64,000 bases of DNA from Anthoceros angustus (Eukaryota > Plantae > Anthocerotophyta). A program made the translations under genes and the position numbers. The DNA lies in the NCBI GenBank assembly GCA_010909165.1, contig VJWM01000134.1, forward strand, positions 310,001-374,000. The letters are read 5' to 3'. Positions 1 to 12,985 of the stretch are shown one piece after another. Below the pieces are notes generated by a model. It saw nothing but the letters and a program-made list of their open reading frames with translations, searched no databases and was not told where the DNA came from. Numbering within the stretch: position 1 is the stretch's first letter; each line of letters starts with the position of its first letter.

Positions 1-1076
<1,076 letters not shown>

Positions 1077-3379
1077 TTCTCACAGTCCTGCAGATCGCCA
1101 CATGCACGTCAGCCGGAAACCCGTGATTGCGCACCAAGATCAGCCGAGATGCAGGAATAAAGCTCCTACAGGCAGATCAAACCAGCAAAAAGCCAGATCT
1201 GAGCCTGCACATCAGTCCACCGCCACACAGACACACAAGATAGCCATACAGCTCCCTCTCAGGCCAGATCCGGCGACACCGGCCCCCTCACCCGCTGCAC
1301 ACGATCGATTGGCCCCGCGCCGCTCGCAAGCTACCGCCTTGCCCTCGCCTGTGCTGCCTTCCGCACCGGCCGGGTCCGCTAAGCGATGCTCTGCTCCGAT
1401 CCGCGCTACTGCTGGATGCGGCACAACACTGGCAAGGCAACCCGCTCCCGCGGGCAATAAAGCGCGAGAGAGCGAGCCGAGCCGCGGTGGTGCAGAACCG
1501 CAGAGGCGAGCGGGAGAGAAGAGCGCGAGAAAGCGGGCAGACAACGGAGAAAGAGAGGAGCCCGAGATGTCGAGTTGCGGGGGAAGAGAGAGAGCACTGC
1601 GTCTGTGGGAGAGAATGCGCGGGCGAAACCAGCCCCCGCATTTGAAAACCTGGGCGAAACCAGGGTGATATTTTTCGAAAAAGAATCGTGCAGCCAATAA
1701 ATGCGCGGCAATGTTAAGCACAAACCGCGCACGAAACGCGTGTGGGAAAGAGGAGGCTCGGGTGCGAAAAACGACGGGCTTCGTGTTGGCGGGCCTGCGG
1801 TTTGCCAGTGGCGCTGTGATTAGGTTAGGGCGGGTTTCGCCCAGTGGAATTCGCCTGAACGCGCGGGGCCGTACGCGCAGAGGCGGGAGAGGCATCGTGG
1901 CCGTCAGGAGGGAACATCGGGGCAATCGCGGCCGTCCCACGCTACCAGTGGAGTGGTTGAGCAGAAGCCCTAACTCCAACCCCGCGTTTACCCTAACCTA
2001 AACCCTGGTCAGCGACAAAATGGCAATGACTCACGTTCCACTTCACGTAGAAGGAGGGGTGTGACGAGGGAGGCAGCACTGCGAGGAAAAACAGGCTGGC
2101 ATGTCCAGCCCACACCCAACTCGCTCGTGGGCCCCTGCACGAGTCCGCGGCCTTGCTTCTTCCCCAAGGCCTAAAGAAAGCAACCGGCTAGCGGGGGTGA
2201 GGCGAGATTCGGTAACATGGGAGCGCGGGGGCCCCCGGTTACCTTGACCGGGCCGCGGTCAAGTGGATGGTGCTTTCACAACGCGGTTAGGACTGAACCA
2301 AGAATATCCCGTTTCGGTTTCCCACTGCGGAACCGGTTCCGCACTGTGAGGCCAAGCGGCTGGCTTGTCAGGGTGCCGGGCCGGCGCTCGGCGTGGAAGA
2401 CACCGGGTCTGCGCAGGGAAGGGATCTGGCAGGCTTGCGCTCGAGGTGTCGATGCGGCGGGTTTGCTCTTGAGCATGAACTCTTGAGGTGGGACGGCTGA
2501 AGGTGAAGTCAGTTTGGATTGCTTGCGAGCGCGCAAGTGCTTGAGGGAGCTGTATGTGTTCTTTATGCTGTTTGTTTTGGTGTTAAGATCCTCACATGTT
2601 TGCGGTCTTTAAAGCTCCATCACCTGGCACCAGCTGATGAAACTTTAAGGAACTAGGGCGCTGTCTGTCGCTGGCGCTGAGTACCAGCTACTTGTTTCTC
2701 ACACATTCTTCACTGTAACACAGTGGAAGATGAGAGACCTAAAATGGTTGTTCTTTGTGATTTCCAGGAACGCCTCCAGAGGCAGTGACCCTGTTCTCCG
2801 TGGAGCTCTGGTGTTGCTATCTATATCTTCGGTTGGCATCACCCTGTTGTAGGATGATCAGTCCACAGTCCTATGGTCATGCTCTTGATGAGGGTACAGA
2901 CGTGTTTCAACCACTGTCGAGCTGGAGTCTCATTGAAGTGCATGCAAAAGCTGAGGTCGTGATTGCGGGCTGATGCAAGGATGAATCTGGTGTATCAGCA
3001 GGTGGTAGGAAGGAGGAAGTTGCACGGTCGTGGTTCACACTGGGATCCGAAGGTGTTTGACATTTTCAAGCTCGGATGCGCATCAAGGAACTATTTCTAA
3101 TCGCTTACTCAGAGCAGCAGGAGAAACTGGCTTCGCATGTACCATTCATGATCACATGTTTCACTCCCACAGTACAGCCAAGACGGTACATGTGTACCAC
3201 TTCAGGAGTGATGGAATATGGAACCTCGTGCATCTGAGCAATTTTCCTTTTTCCTTTCATTCTGGGGCCTGCTTTCCGGGATCACGCCAGGTCGTAAAGA
3301 GAAGGGCCCGCCAGGCTCTCCTCCTGTTTGCTTCCAGCGTCACAGAGAGAGAGAGGCGTGAGGAGGCGGAGGACGTGCA

Positions 3380-3985
3380 ATGGCAACTGCTCCAAGTGCG
3401 TCGATGAAGCCCCGGATTTTTGTGACAGGGCCTCCGGGAGTGGGGAAGAGCAGCTTGATCATGAGGGTTTTGAAGAATCTGAAGCAAGCGCACCCGACTG
3501 TGAGTATCCAAGGCTTTTTCACGCAGGAAATGAGAGATGCGGCTGGCCAGAGGGTTGGCTTCGAGGTGATCACTATGGACGGGCGCAGGGCGCGTCTGGC
3601 CACTGCGACGTCCCCAACCTCTTCTTCCAGAGCACCTCAGGTGGGCAGATACACTGTGGATTTGCCGGGGTTTGAGGACCTGGTTCTGCCAGAGCTGGCG
3701 CTCTGTAAACCAGATGCTGGCCTGTTTGTGCTGGATGAAGTTGGCAAAATGGAGCTGTGCAGCGCCGCTTTTTACCCTGCAGTATGGCAGATCCTCGAGG
3801 CTAAGAATGTCCCTGCAGTGATAGGGACCATTCCAATCACCAGGTACGGGCGGGGCATTCCAGAGGTGGAGAGGATCAAGGGACGCCCTGATGTTGAGGT
3901 CTACACACTTTCCAAGAGCAACAGAGATGCCATGACACAAGTAGTCTTCAATCACCTCCTTTCAGTTCTCACAACACAGCGATAG
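3380..3985 (+). CDS. NTPase_1 family nucleoside-triphosphatase (NTPCR/THEP1-like), single coding exon, 201 aa
   Basis: IFVTGPPGVGKS Walker A, GFFTQEMR..GQRVGF, VGRYTVD, LFVLDEVGKMEL Walker B and the C-terminal SNRD motif are typical of the family. Confidence 0.92.
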   Translation: MATAPSASMKPRIFVTGPPGVGKSSLIMRVLKNLKQAHPTVSIQGFFTQEMRDAAGQRVGFEVITMDGRRARLATATSPTSSSRAPQVGRYTVDLPGFEDLVLPELALCKPDAGLFVLDEVGKMELCSAAFYPAVWQILEAKNVPAVIGTIPITRYGRGIPEVERIKGRPDVEVYTLSKSNRDAMTQVVFNHLLSVLTTQR

Positions 3986-4937
3986 CCGAGCTTGCTGTGA
4001 GATGTTCTTCCTCGCCTACAACACTTGGGGGCGGTCAGCCACTATAGGCACTGCGAGGAGGAGATGATGATCAAGTTTGGTCTGAGATCTCCGGGTAGGT
4101 GTTCTACAACCTTTTCTTTACAACCAATCTAACTTGTTGTGTTACCTGCATACACAATAGCCCTGCGCTGCGCAGGCATGGGTGGTCAATGATTCCTGCA
4201 TATGCTTTTTCTACAGGTAGCGGGTGCTGATGTCTAAAGCTGAACGGAGTCTGCTTGTCCTCCAGGCAGGGATTATGCAGCTGTGGTTGCGGCTACTCCG
4301 GTGCATCTAGATCAAACTGTCTCTCCGGATGTCTCAGCGTTGAGTACGAATCTATTAATCTCCCTTCAGTTAAGGACGGTTACACTTTTCAATTTTGAAT
4401 ATCCTTATTTGAAATTTTCAATCTAGGTAGCCATCCACTAGAAGCAGCACCTTCAGGCTCCAAAAAACCGGTCCAGCGCCTCAGTCTTGCCAGTCTAGAA
4501 AATCTTCAAAGTAGCCTCCTGCAAGCAGAAGCCCCGATTGCTTATAAGTACCCAGCCTGCGTTGATTCAATCCGCATAAGCAAAGCACGTAGCACCACTT
4601 TCGTGTGGCTATCCCATGATCAAATTGGAGAGGTCTGGGATCTGGTTTGTGTGTTGGAAGAGGCTTGCTGTAATTCGGGGCCTGGAAACACACTCCCGGA
4701 CTGCTTGCGAGATTGGTCACAGCACATGATCGTGATGATCTACTCGCCGGTGGAACTCCATAGCAAACACTTTCCGAGCACTACCGTTTTTGAAGAGACC
4801 TTGGCTCCTTCCCTCTGGTAAAGCAACGTTGTCATAGACCTGATGCTCCAGAGTCCAATGGTCGCCTTTTGCAGACCTTTGGCGCTGCCATTTCCAAGGT
4901 CCGCGATGACAAGGCGCGCCCATTGCTGAGTACCATC

Positions 4938-7900
4938 ATGCTGTCTCCCGGACCAGTCAGCAGTTTTCACAGCCATGTCGCCGAGGATATATTCCTGGGC
5001 ACCAGACCATGGATGTTCTTGAGGAAAGCGATTGCCAGAAGCAGCAGCGGAGAGCAACAAGCCCAAAACGTTGCAGTTGCAGACCCAGCACAGGACGTAC
5101 AGAGGTTGTGGCAGAAATACTTCTCGGATCCTTCAGAATGGTGGGACAACAGACTCGGAAAGGTCGGACTAGCTCTTTCTGACTTAGATTTTTCATCTAA
5201 ATTATTTCGTATCAGAAGGATTGAGTTGTGATTTGGCCACAGAATGGTCCCCGAAGTCCAGATTTTGCACATAAGAAGACGAAGGAGGCTCTGTGGATGG
5301 ATAGCAGGTACAAGCCTCCGTGGGTGGAATCTCAGCTAGCTAATGTCGACACACTCAGAACTATGGGGAATCCACGTGTTTGGTATGTCAGAAAGATTGC
5401 CGCAACGTTTGTTGATGGAAAGGTTTGGACATGTTTGCCCGTTGCCAACCCAACCACGTGCTGAACTGTGTCCAGGGCAAACAGTGAATCTCAGGATGGT
5501 CGTGGCTTGGTGAAATTCTGCAAGGAGGAACAGCTGGAAATGGGTTTGGATGTCATGGATGAGCCGAGCATGGTGCCTGCAGTGGGTACGTATTTTCATC
5601 TGTTGAAGGCATGTATCAAGAAGAAGTCTCTTGCCGAGGCCAAGCGAGTGTACGACGACATGGTCAAGCACGGGTACGAGTCCCACAGTTTTTTGGGTGA
5701 ATCTGTTGTGAATACGCTGGTGAAGTGTGGGAGCCTCGAAGATGCTCTCCAAGTCTTTCACAGGTTGTCAAAACGGACTGCTTTCTCTTGGACAGCTGTC
5801 ATTTCAGGCTATGTTAGCCGTGGACGACCTCATGAGGCTCTGGATATGTTTCAGAAAATGCAGGAGGAGGGTGTGCGACCGGACTCATTTACTTTCGTCA
5901 GCGTACTGAAGGCCTGTAGCAGTGTGGGAGATTTGGAACAAGGGAAGGAGGTGCATGCCCAAGTAATAAGATACAACTGCGATTCAGATTTGCATGTGGT
6001 CAACACTCTTGTCCACATGTATGCACAGTGCGGGAGCATGGTAAATGCACGGCATCTGTTCGATACATTGCCTGAGAGGAATGTGGTGTCATGGAATGCT
6101 ATGCTTGCAGGATACGCCAAGCAGGAGCATGCAGACAAGGCTTTGCGACTTTTCTACCAAATGCAAAAGGAGGACGTTATGCCAAATGCTCGGACGTTTG
6201 TAAGTGTTATCAAGGCATGTGCATGTATCGGAGAGAGGGAGGAGAGCACTACTGTACAAGGTGAGACGCTTAAGCTGGGGGCACTTCAAGAGGGGAAGTC
6301 CATACATCAACAAGCAGTCGCTAAGGGTTACGGATCGGACCTCTTCGTTGGGAACACTCTGGCCCACATGTATGCAACCTGTGGGAGCTTACTGGATGCA
6401 CAGCATGTATTTGACACCTTGCCCCAAAAGGATGTGGTGTCATGGAACTCGATACTTGCAGGATATGCTGAACAGAAACGAGTAGAACAGGCCTGGCAAC
6501 TTTATGCTCGGATGGAGGAGGAAGGTGTCCAGCCAAATGATAGAACCTTTGTGGGTGTTCTCCACGCATCTGCCACATTTGCTGACATGGAGGACAGCAT
6601 ATGTGTGGATGGGCGGTTCATCAAAATGACCAGCCTTTGGAGGGGGAAAGCAGTGCACAATAAAGCTACTCGTATGGGTTATGCATCAGACCAATTTGTC
6701 GGAAACGTCCTGGTGCACATGTATGCAAGATGTGGGAGCCTAGTGGATGCACAGCTTGTATTTGATACTCTTCCTCGGCGTGATGTTGTATCATGGAACG
6801 CGATGATCTCAGGATATGTGCAGCAACAGCAAGGAGATAGGGCCTTAGACCTTTATGCCCAAATGTGCAAAAGTGGAACCAGACCAGACGTTTGGACTTT
6901 TACTTGTGTGCTGAAAGCATGTGCTAGCCTGGCAGAAACAGAAGAACGTACGGGTGTAGATGGTCATTCTGTTAAAAGAGTGTTATTGCAGAAGGCCAAG
7001 GATATACATGCTGAAGCTGTCCGACGGGGTTATGGATCTGACTTGTTTATCGGAAACACTCTTGTCCATGTGTATGCAAAGTGTGGAGGCATGGTGGATG
7101 CTTGGCAGGTGTTTGTCACCTTACCAGAGCGCAATGTGATCTCATGGAATGCAATGATTGCAGGATATTCTCAGCAGCAACAAGGTGAAAAAGCCCTGCA
7201 ACTGTATTCCCAAATGCTTCTTGAAGGAGTCATTCCAGATGTCTGGACATTTTCCACCGTGCTCACAGCATGTGCTAGCCTTGCAGATGTTGAAGAGAGC
7301 ACTCTCCACAATGGACAACCCATCAAAGCAAAGTCGCTGCAAGAGGGGAGGGCAATCCATGCAGAAGTTATGCGCAAGGGCTATGCATCAGACGTATTTG
7401 TTGGCAGCACACTCGTTGTCATGTATGCAAAGTGTGGGAGTGTGATTGATGCACAACACGTGTTTGATACATTACCGAACCGGGATGTGGTAACCTGGAA
7501 TACAATCCTAGGTTGCTATGTAGAGCAGGAACAAGGGGAAAAGGCGTTGCAACTGTACACAATCATGCAGAAGGAAGGTGTCCAACCAGACGCGGCCTCA
7601 TTTTTGTGGATCCTGAAGGCATGCAGCCACACAGGTGCCCTGGATGTTTGCACACAGATTCATAAACATATCAAGGGAAGCAAACACACTGGGAGCATTA
7701 CTGTGTCAACTGCTCTTGTTCACGCATACGGCAAATGTGGGAGCATGGTGGATGCGCAATATGTGTTTGATGCCTTGCCGGAACGAGATGTGGTAGCATG
7801 GACAGCTCTAATGGCTGGATATGCCCGACAAGGAGACTCTGAGAAGTCCGTAGAGTGTTTTGAGAAGATGACCCGATCAGGCATAAAGCCAACTGGCGTC

Positions 7901-8449
7901 ACATTTCTTTCCCTTCTGTCTGCATGCAGCCATGCTGGAATGGTGGAGGAAGGAGAGCAGTACTTTGCTGCTATGGAGAGGGACTATGGCATCACCGCTA
8001 CAAGTGACCATTATTCCAGCATGATTGACCTCTTTGGCAGGGCTGGACTCTTCAGCAAAGCAGAAGCGCTGCTCCTGGACATGCCGATTCAGCCTGACTC
8101 TGCAGTTTGGTCGACACTGCTCGGGGTCTGCCGGAATCATGGGAATGTGCGTCTGGGAAGACATGCCTTTGATTGCCTTGTGCACTTGCAGCCACTGGAG
8201 GCTTCACCGTACATGCTCATGTCCCAAATTTATGCCAATGCTGGCATGTGGGATTCCGCAACAGCGATCGATGAACTGAGACAGAGCGCGGGTGTCTGGA
8301 AAACCCCTGGTCAGAGCTGGATTGAGTATGACCAAGAAGTGGTTACTTTTATCGCAGGTGACCGCAGACATGAACAAACTGACAAGGTTTATGCGATGCT
8401 AGAACACGTTTCCTCGCGTCTCAAAGAAGCAGGGTTGAGCGTTTTCTGA
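4938..8449 (+). CDS. PLS-class PPR protein, E1-E2-E+ (truncated DYW), with an N-terminal OSB-type PDF motif; join(4938-5162,5243-5382,5476-8449)
   Basis: P-L-S repeats (VVSWNAM.., TF..VLKAC.., MYAKCG..) end in WSTLLGVCRNHG, YMLMSQIYA and KTPGQSWIE, then a stop with no HxE/CxxC. Introns 5163-5242 (phase 0) and 5383-5475 (phase 2) join WQKYFSDPSEWWDNRLGK|NGPRSPDFAHKKTKEALW..PPWV in frame. The start ATG at 4938 is inferred. Confidence 0.9.
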
Positions 8450-9301
8450 TATTGAGCAAGCAAGCTCAAGTTGCTGAGTGCACATTGAGTCTCGCTGTAA
8501 TAGAATCTTGTCCGTGTGCATCATGGCGACATCGCAACTCACGACTCGGCTTACTCGTCGAGCACTAAGACGGTGAAGATCAGGCTTCAGGGAGTCCCCG
8601 CTTGCGACTGGGTTCTGTCTCCATCCGGCTCCAGGAATCCTCTCTGGTTCGTTCTTGGAGATGAGAAGTCCTTTGTCTACAACCGGGGTATGTCGTTCGG
8701 AAGCAGGGACAAAGGAAGAGTCACAAGGATGCTTAAGCAGAGGCTGCAGAGGTGCTCCTCTCCACTACTTCTGAGAAAATTGCTGGCCAGGTAGAGTGCT
8801 GTCATACTGTAGATACTTGAATTGTGGTGCTCAGTCCAGATCGCTGCACAGCACTCAGATCCCACGGGACACACGGCAGTTGCTTGGCTGGCTCGCAAGC
8901 ATTGGCCCTGGAACTTCATCAAGTTGTCACGAGGTACGGCCTGATTGTGTGGCTCAAACTAGGATCGCAGTGACCTCTTCGTCGACACCGTTTGTGGTGC
9001 TCGTGGAGCAGGGCCGTCTGTCTGCTCGAGGTCTAGCATTTGCCCCTGTTTCCCAGATCACATTTGATGGCTAGACGTAGCATTCGTTCCACAGGATCCT
9101 TTTCAGAGACACCGGAGGTCATCCGAAAACACTATATTCTCCTCCACTCATTCGTGGCCGGAGAAAGGATCCATTGACAATCTTCGTGCCCTGAGCATTG
9201 CAGAGGATAGTCGATCGCACGACTTTGAAATTCTTGATCTTCGTTGCCGTACCTCATCGTGGCCTAAACGTGCTAACGGTCGCTGACCCCGAAGAAGCGA
9301 A

Positions 9302-9346
9302 TCCCGGCACGAGATTCGAACCCGGGTTGCTCGGGTGGAAGCCCAA
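9302..9346 (-). pseudogene. tRNA-like 3' half (Glu/Gly-like; pseudogene or SINE-head remnant)
   Basis: The minus strand reads ttgggCTTCCACccgag-caa-cccggGTTCGAATctcg-tgccggga, an anticodon-like arm plus T-arm/B-box. No 5' acceptor strand or D-arm is recognisable. Confidence 0.5.
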
Positions 9347-9775
9347 TATATTTCTATTTACTTTTCCTAGTTATGAATATACTACTTCACTTATAAGCAC
9401 GATTGATGAACTATGAGAAATAACCTCACCTATAGGGCGGGATTCCAGGTACGTAATAAATTCTGTGTTATTTTCTCCATTTTCGGTAAAAGAAACCTAT
9501 GCTCTTAATTATTATATTTTTATGGTACAAAATACTACATCTTTTGGATATTGAGCCCAGGTTACATTTCTAATGAATGGAATTGCCTTTCTGAGAACAA
9601 GATTATAATCGAATACCTGGACTGGAGAATCAATCCCAAATTCATTACAGGACAAAAGACAAGAGGCTCGTTACGGAACAGAAATAAAATGAGTCGAAAA
9701 CCAAATACACGTAGAATTATAGTAATTTTTTGGGAAAACAAAAAAGAGGCAAAAATTATAAGAAGGGGAAAAACA

Positions 9776-9903
9776 GGCAAAATCTATTAGGAGTCCAACA
9801 AGGTTTGACTCCTGTTAGATTTTGCCCCCTCATGGGCTGAGGAGGCTAAGGTGCGTGCCCACGGGATGGGCTCTGATGGGCACACACCTTAGCCTCCTCA
9901 GCC
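9776..9903. repeat. Two adjacent inverted repeats (hairpins): 9776-9826 (about 20-bp stem) and 9835-9903 (27-bp stem)
   Basis: ggcaaaatctattaggagtc pairs with gactcctgttagattttgcc (18/20). ggctgaggaggctaaggtgcgtgccca pairs with tgggcacacaccttagcctcctcagcc (26/27). Confidence 0.9.
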
Positions 9904-9904
9904 T

Positions 9905-10830
9905 AGGAAGTAGTGAGAATCTCTAATTTGTCAAGAGCAGTACATCTTAGCATATATAGACTCCACAGTGATAAATCTATAGTTCGAAGGGAGGTAAGGG
10001 TCGATTGTTTTAAGAATGGAGTGGATACCATTCTCACACCAGGGATCAAGGAAGCCAAGAGGTAGGACGTCATTAAATAGAGTGGCAAAGTGAGAAGAAA
10101 TAGAGACAAGGTCAGCTAAACGGAAAAAAATCTCCAAGTATACCAGCAAGGTTCGATGCAGTACCACTTCTCAACTTCCTGATGGCACGGGCAACAAGAT
10201 TAGCATTAAAGAACCTGAGGCCGAAGTCAGAGGAATCGGGAGCAAGCAAGGCAGAGGGAATGTGGTAAAGACCATCAATGTAGGAGAGGAGTTTGGGGTC
10301 AGCTTTGAGAAGGATGGGAGAGTGGTTATGGAATTCCTTCCAAAAGGCAGAGCCACCAAGAGACGTTCAGAGGAAGGAGGTAAGACGAATTCGTTCAGAT
10401 TGGAGGAATTGAGACTTTTTCATGGAGAGGAAAGTTTTACAAGGTTTAACAATGGCTTAATAAAGAGGTCAAGGATGGGACTCGGGGGGGAGGTGAAGCT
10501 GGTGCGTGGTGAGATATAATTGAGAGCACATGCGCTCACAATTGGCATCAAACCAATTATGGCGAGGGGCTTGGTTTTTGTTGGGAGGGCGGTAAAATTT
10601 GAAAGGAAAAGTAAAGCAAGCATAGGAGAGGATAGCATAAGAGAAGGCGGCGGCCTGACAAAGAAGGAGGAGGTCAAGGGGAATGCAAACAAGGAAGAAA
10701 TGGAGTATGTGGGAGAATTGGAGAGCGAGGTCATGCAAAAAACTAAATCTGGTGGGCAGACCATGGAGATCAAAACAATCAACAACATGGTCAGACTCCA
10801 TACAAACAAAGTCGATGGTCCACAGCTTGA
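9905..10830 (-). mobile_element. Degraded LINE ORF2 fragment (end of APE endonuclease to start of RT)
   Basis: Frameshifted peptides TIDFVCMESDH (endonuclease C-terminal ID..SDH motif) and FATLFNDVL..G...PW....IHSILK..DP..PSNYRFITV...AKMY (start of LINE RT). Confidence 0.7.
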
Positions 10831-10908
10831 ACACCTTTATAAACCTTGATAGTAAAGGTATAAAAATAATTGTTGAACAAAAGAAAAAAGAAGAGCTAGA
10901 AAAGATGT

Positions 10909-11540
10909 GTATATGGCGTGTCGATCTCGTGTCACGAAGGAAGTTGTCATACATTTTATTTTTCAAATGGTGAGGTGGAGCACCAGCTGGCTCAATTCAC
11001 CAAGCTGGAGCTTTAGCACAATGAACCGAGGTAGCTAGTGCTCCCGCAGACTTGATTGGCCTGATGGGCAAGCTGCAAGCGATGGCAGCACAAAATGCCA
11101 CTTCCTCCTTGCTCAAACATCACGGCAAGGTCATACGCCCTATTTCCTTTTACTACCTTATCCAACAACAGATAGAAGAAACCCATGCCAATCACGAAAG
11201 TTTCATCACCTTTCTTTCTATTGGAGCATCCTTGCTTAGGCGAGCTTACCTGAATGATGGGCCTCAGCTGGCAAATCATAGCGCACAGATTGCCACTTTG
11301 AGGCCAGGAGGCTTGTGATCAAGCTTGTCTTGCCCGTGACAATCTGATTGCTGTGGAGATCGATCTGCTCAGTGCGAGGTCGGCCTTAATCAGCCGCTAA
11401 ACCTAATCAGGTGGAGCTCCACCCGATCCACCAAGCTTGAGCTCCACTTGGTGCACCAAACTAGTTGGTGCTCCACCTCATCGTCAAAAAAAAAAAAAGT
11501 AAAACAACTTCCTTTGTGACGAGATTGGTACGCCATACAT
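10909..11540. mobile_element. MITE-like element with about 80-bp imperfect terminal inverted repeats
   Basis: Left end tatggcgtgtcgatctcgtgtcacgaaggaagttgt...tgaggtggagcacca mirrors right end tggtgctccacctca...acaacttcctttgtgacgagattggtacgccata. No clear TSD. Confidence 0.65.
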
Positions 11541-11545
11541 GGAGA

Positions 11546-11611
11546 GTTGGGACAATTTAATTTCTTTGTTGGGACAATTTAATTTCTTTGTTGGGACAAT
11601 TTAATTTCTTT
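11546..11611. repeat. Tandem repeat, 3 x 22 bp (gttgggacaatttaatttcttt)
   Basis: Three exact consecutive copies. Confidence 0.95.
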
Positions 11612-11759
11612 GTGAGGTACTTCGTAGATATGTACTATATTTTATATGTATAAAAAGAGATGATTTATTGAGGTGAAAGAACGATGGAAAGAGACCATCT
11701 AGGAAGGGACAACAAATGGGGACCCGGGGGTCGGAGTGAAGAGGAGCAACCCAGCTCCT

Positions 11760-12166
11760 ACCTAAAGTGACCAAGCACCCACAATGTCATAAGCGGGTAG
11801 AATAAACGCGCAAAACCCAGGAAGAGGAAAGGCATCACCCACCGCCGCCTTATGGAGAATCGCTGAGAGCGCCCGTTGAAGAGCAATAGAAACCAGCCGG
11901 AAGTATGAAGTCTGAGAGGACAGACTATGCACTCATGGTAAGCTTTGGCACAAGACTTGATGAATTTGTCAAAGTCCTCAGCCATTGCCCCATACGTTTC
12001 TAGAGCAAGCGGGATAAAGAGGTGGCCCGTTTGTATATGTATAAATATATGTAATATATAACTTGATGAATTTGTCAAAGTCCTCAGCCATTGCCCCATA
12101 CGTTTCTAGAGCAAGCGGGATAAAGAGGTGGCCCGTTTGTATATGTATAAATATATGTAATATATA
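11760..12166 (-). mobile_element. 3' fragment of an RLE-type (CRE/R2-like) non-LTR retrotransposon, containing a 106-bp tandem duplication (11955-12060 = 12061-12166)
   Basis: Peptide GHLFIPLALETYGAMAEDFDKFIK resembles the F.P.A.ET.G motif after the restriction-like endonuclease core. The duplication is directly visible. Confidence 0.55.
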
Positions 12167-12609
12167 ATATGTACCGCAAAGAATAGAACTTTTTCTCGTC
12201 CACTTTGATACGGCGATACACGATAAAAAACAATTATAGCAAAACGATAAACAGTAGTTCATCGCAACTCTTAGGACCGATCACTAACGAGATAAGATAT
12301 CACCAATTACTCTTGACCCTCGGCTACCTGCCTATTGTGAAGAGCTTTTGTGCAAGTCTTTGTGATATACGATTTCGGTTGTCCCGCCCGGAGAAAGGAC
12401 ATCAAATGACACTAGCTAGTTACGCAACAGCTGAAAATTTGAGAGGAAATCACAGTATTGGAAGTACAAGATCTGCGCGGGTGTACACGTGATCCCGCCC
12501 TGCCACCATCCCGTCACCTACGTCATGTCACACCGGTTACGCATCATGAAAAATTGAGACTAGAAATCATCCTTGAACGGGTCTACTTGAAATCACAGAT
12601 GGAACGGGC

Positions 12610-12985
12610 CTCTTCTTTTCCTCTCCTCCTCCTCCTTTCCATCTACCCCTCCTCTTCTTTCCCTCTCCTCCTCTTCCTTCCCTCTCCCTCCTCTTGCTCC
12701 TCTTCTTTTCCATCTTCCTCCTCCTCCTTATAATCTCCCCTCCTCCTTCGCTTTCCCTCCTCCTCCTTCCTCCTCCTCCTCCTCTCCTCCTCCTCCTCCT
12801 CCTCCTCTACCTCGATCCCTCTCCCTTCCTCCTCTTCTTTCCCTCTCCTCCTCCTCCTCCTCCTACTCCTCCTCCTCCTCTACCTCGATCCTCTCCCCTA
12901 TTTCCTCCTTGCCTCTCCCTCCTCCTCTCCTCCTTCCTCCCCACCTCTCCCTTCCTCCTCTCCCCTCCTTCTCCTTGCCTCCTCG
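12610..12985. repeat. Polypyrimidine / degenerate (CCT)n microsatellite
   Basis: About 375 nt almost entirely C/T with long cctcctcct runs. Confidence 0.95.

Noticed and set aside
3986-4937. NTPase-PPR bicistron
   Set aside because: Splice-like sites exist, but the gap has an AT-rich terminator-like stretch and room for a promoter, so the evidence is too weak.
11546-11611. 22-bp repeats as a CRISPR or iteron array
   Set aside because: Head-to-tail copies with no spacers; a simple minisatellite.
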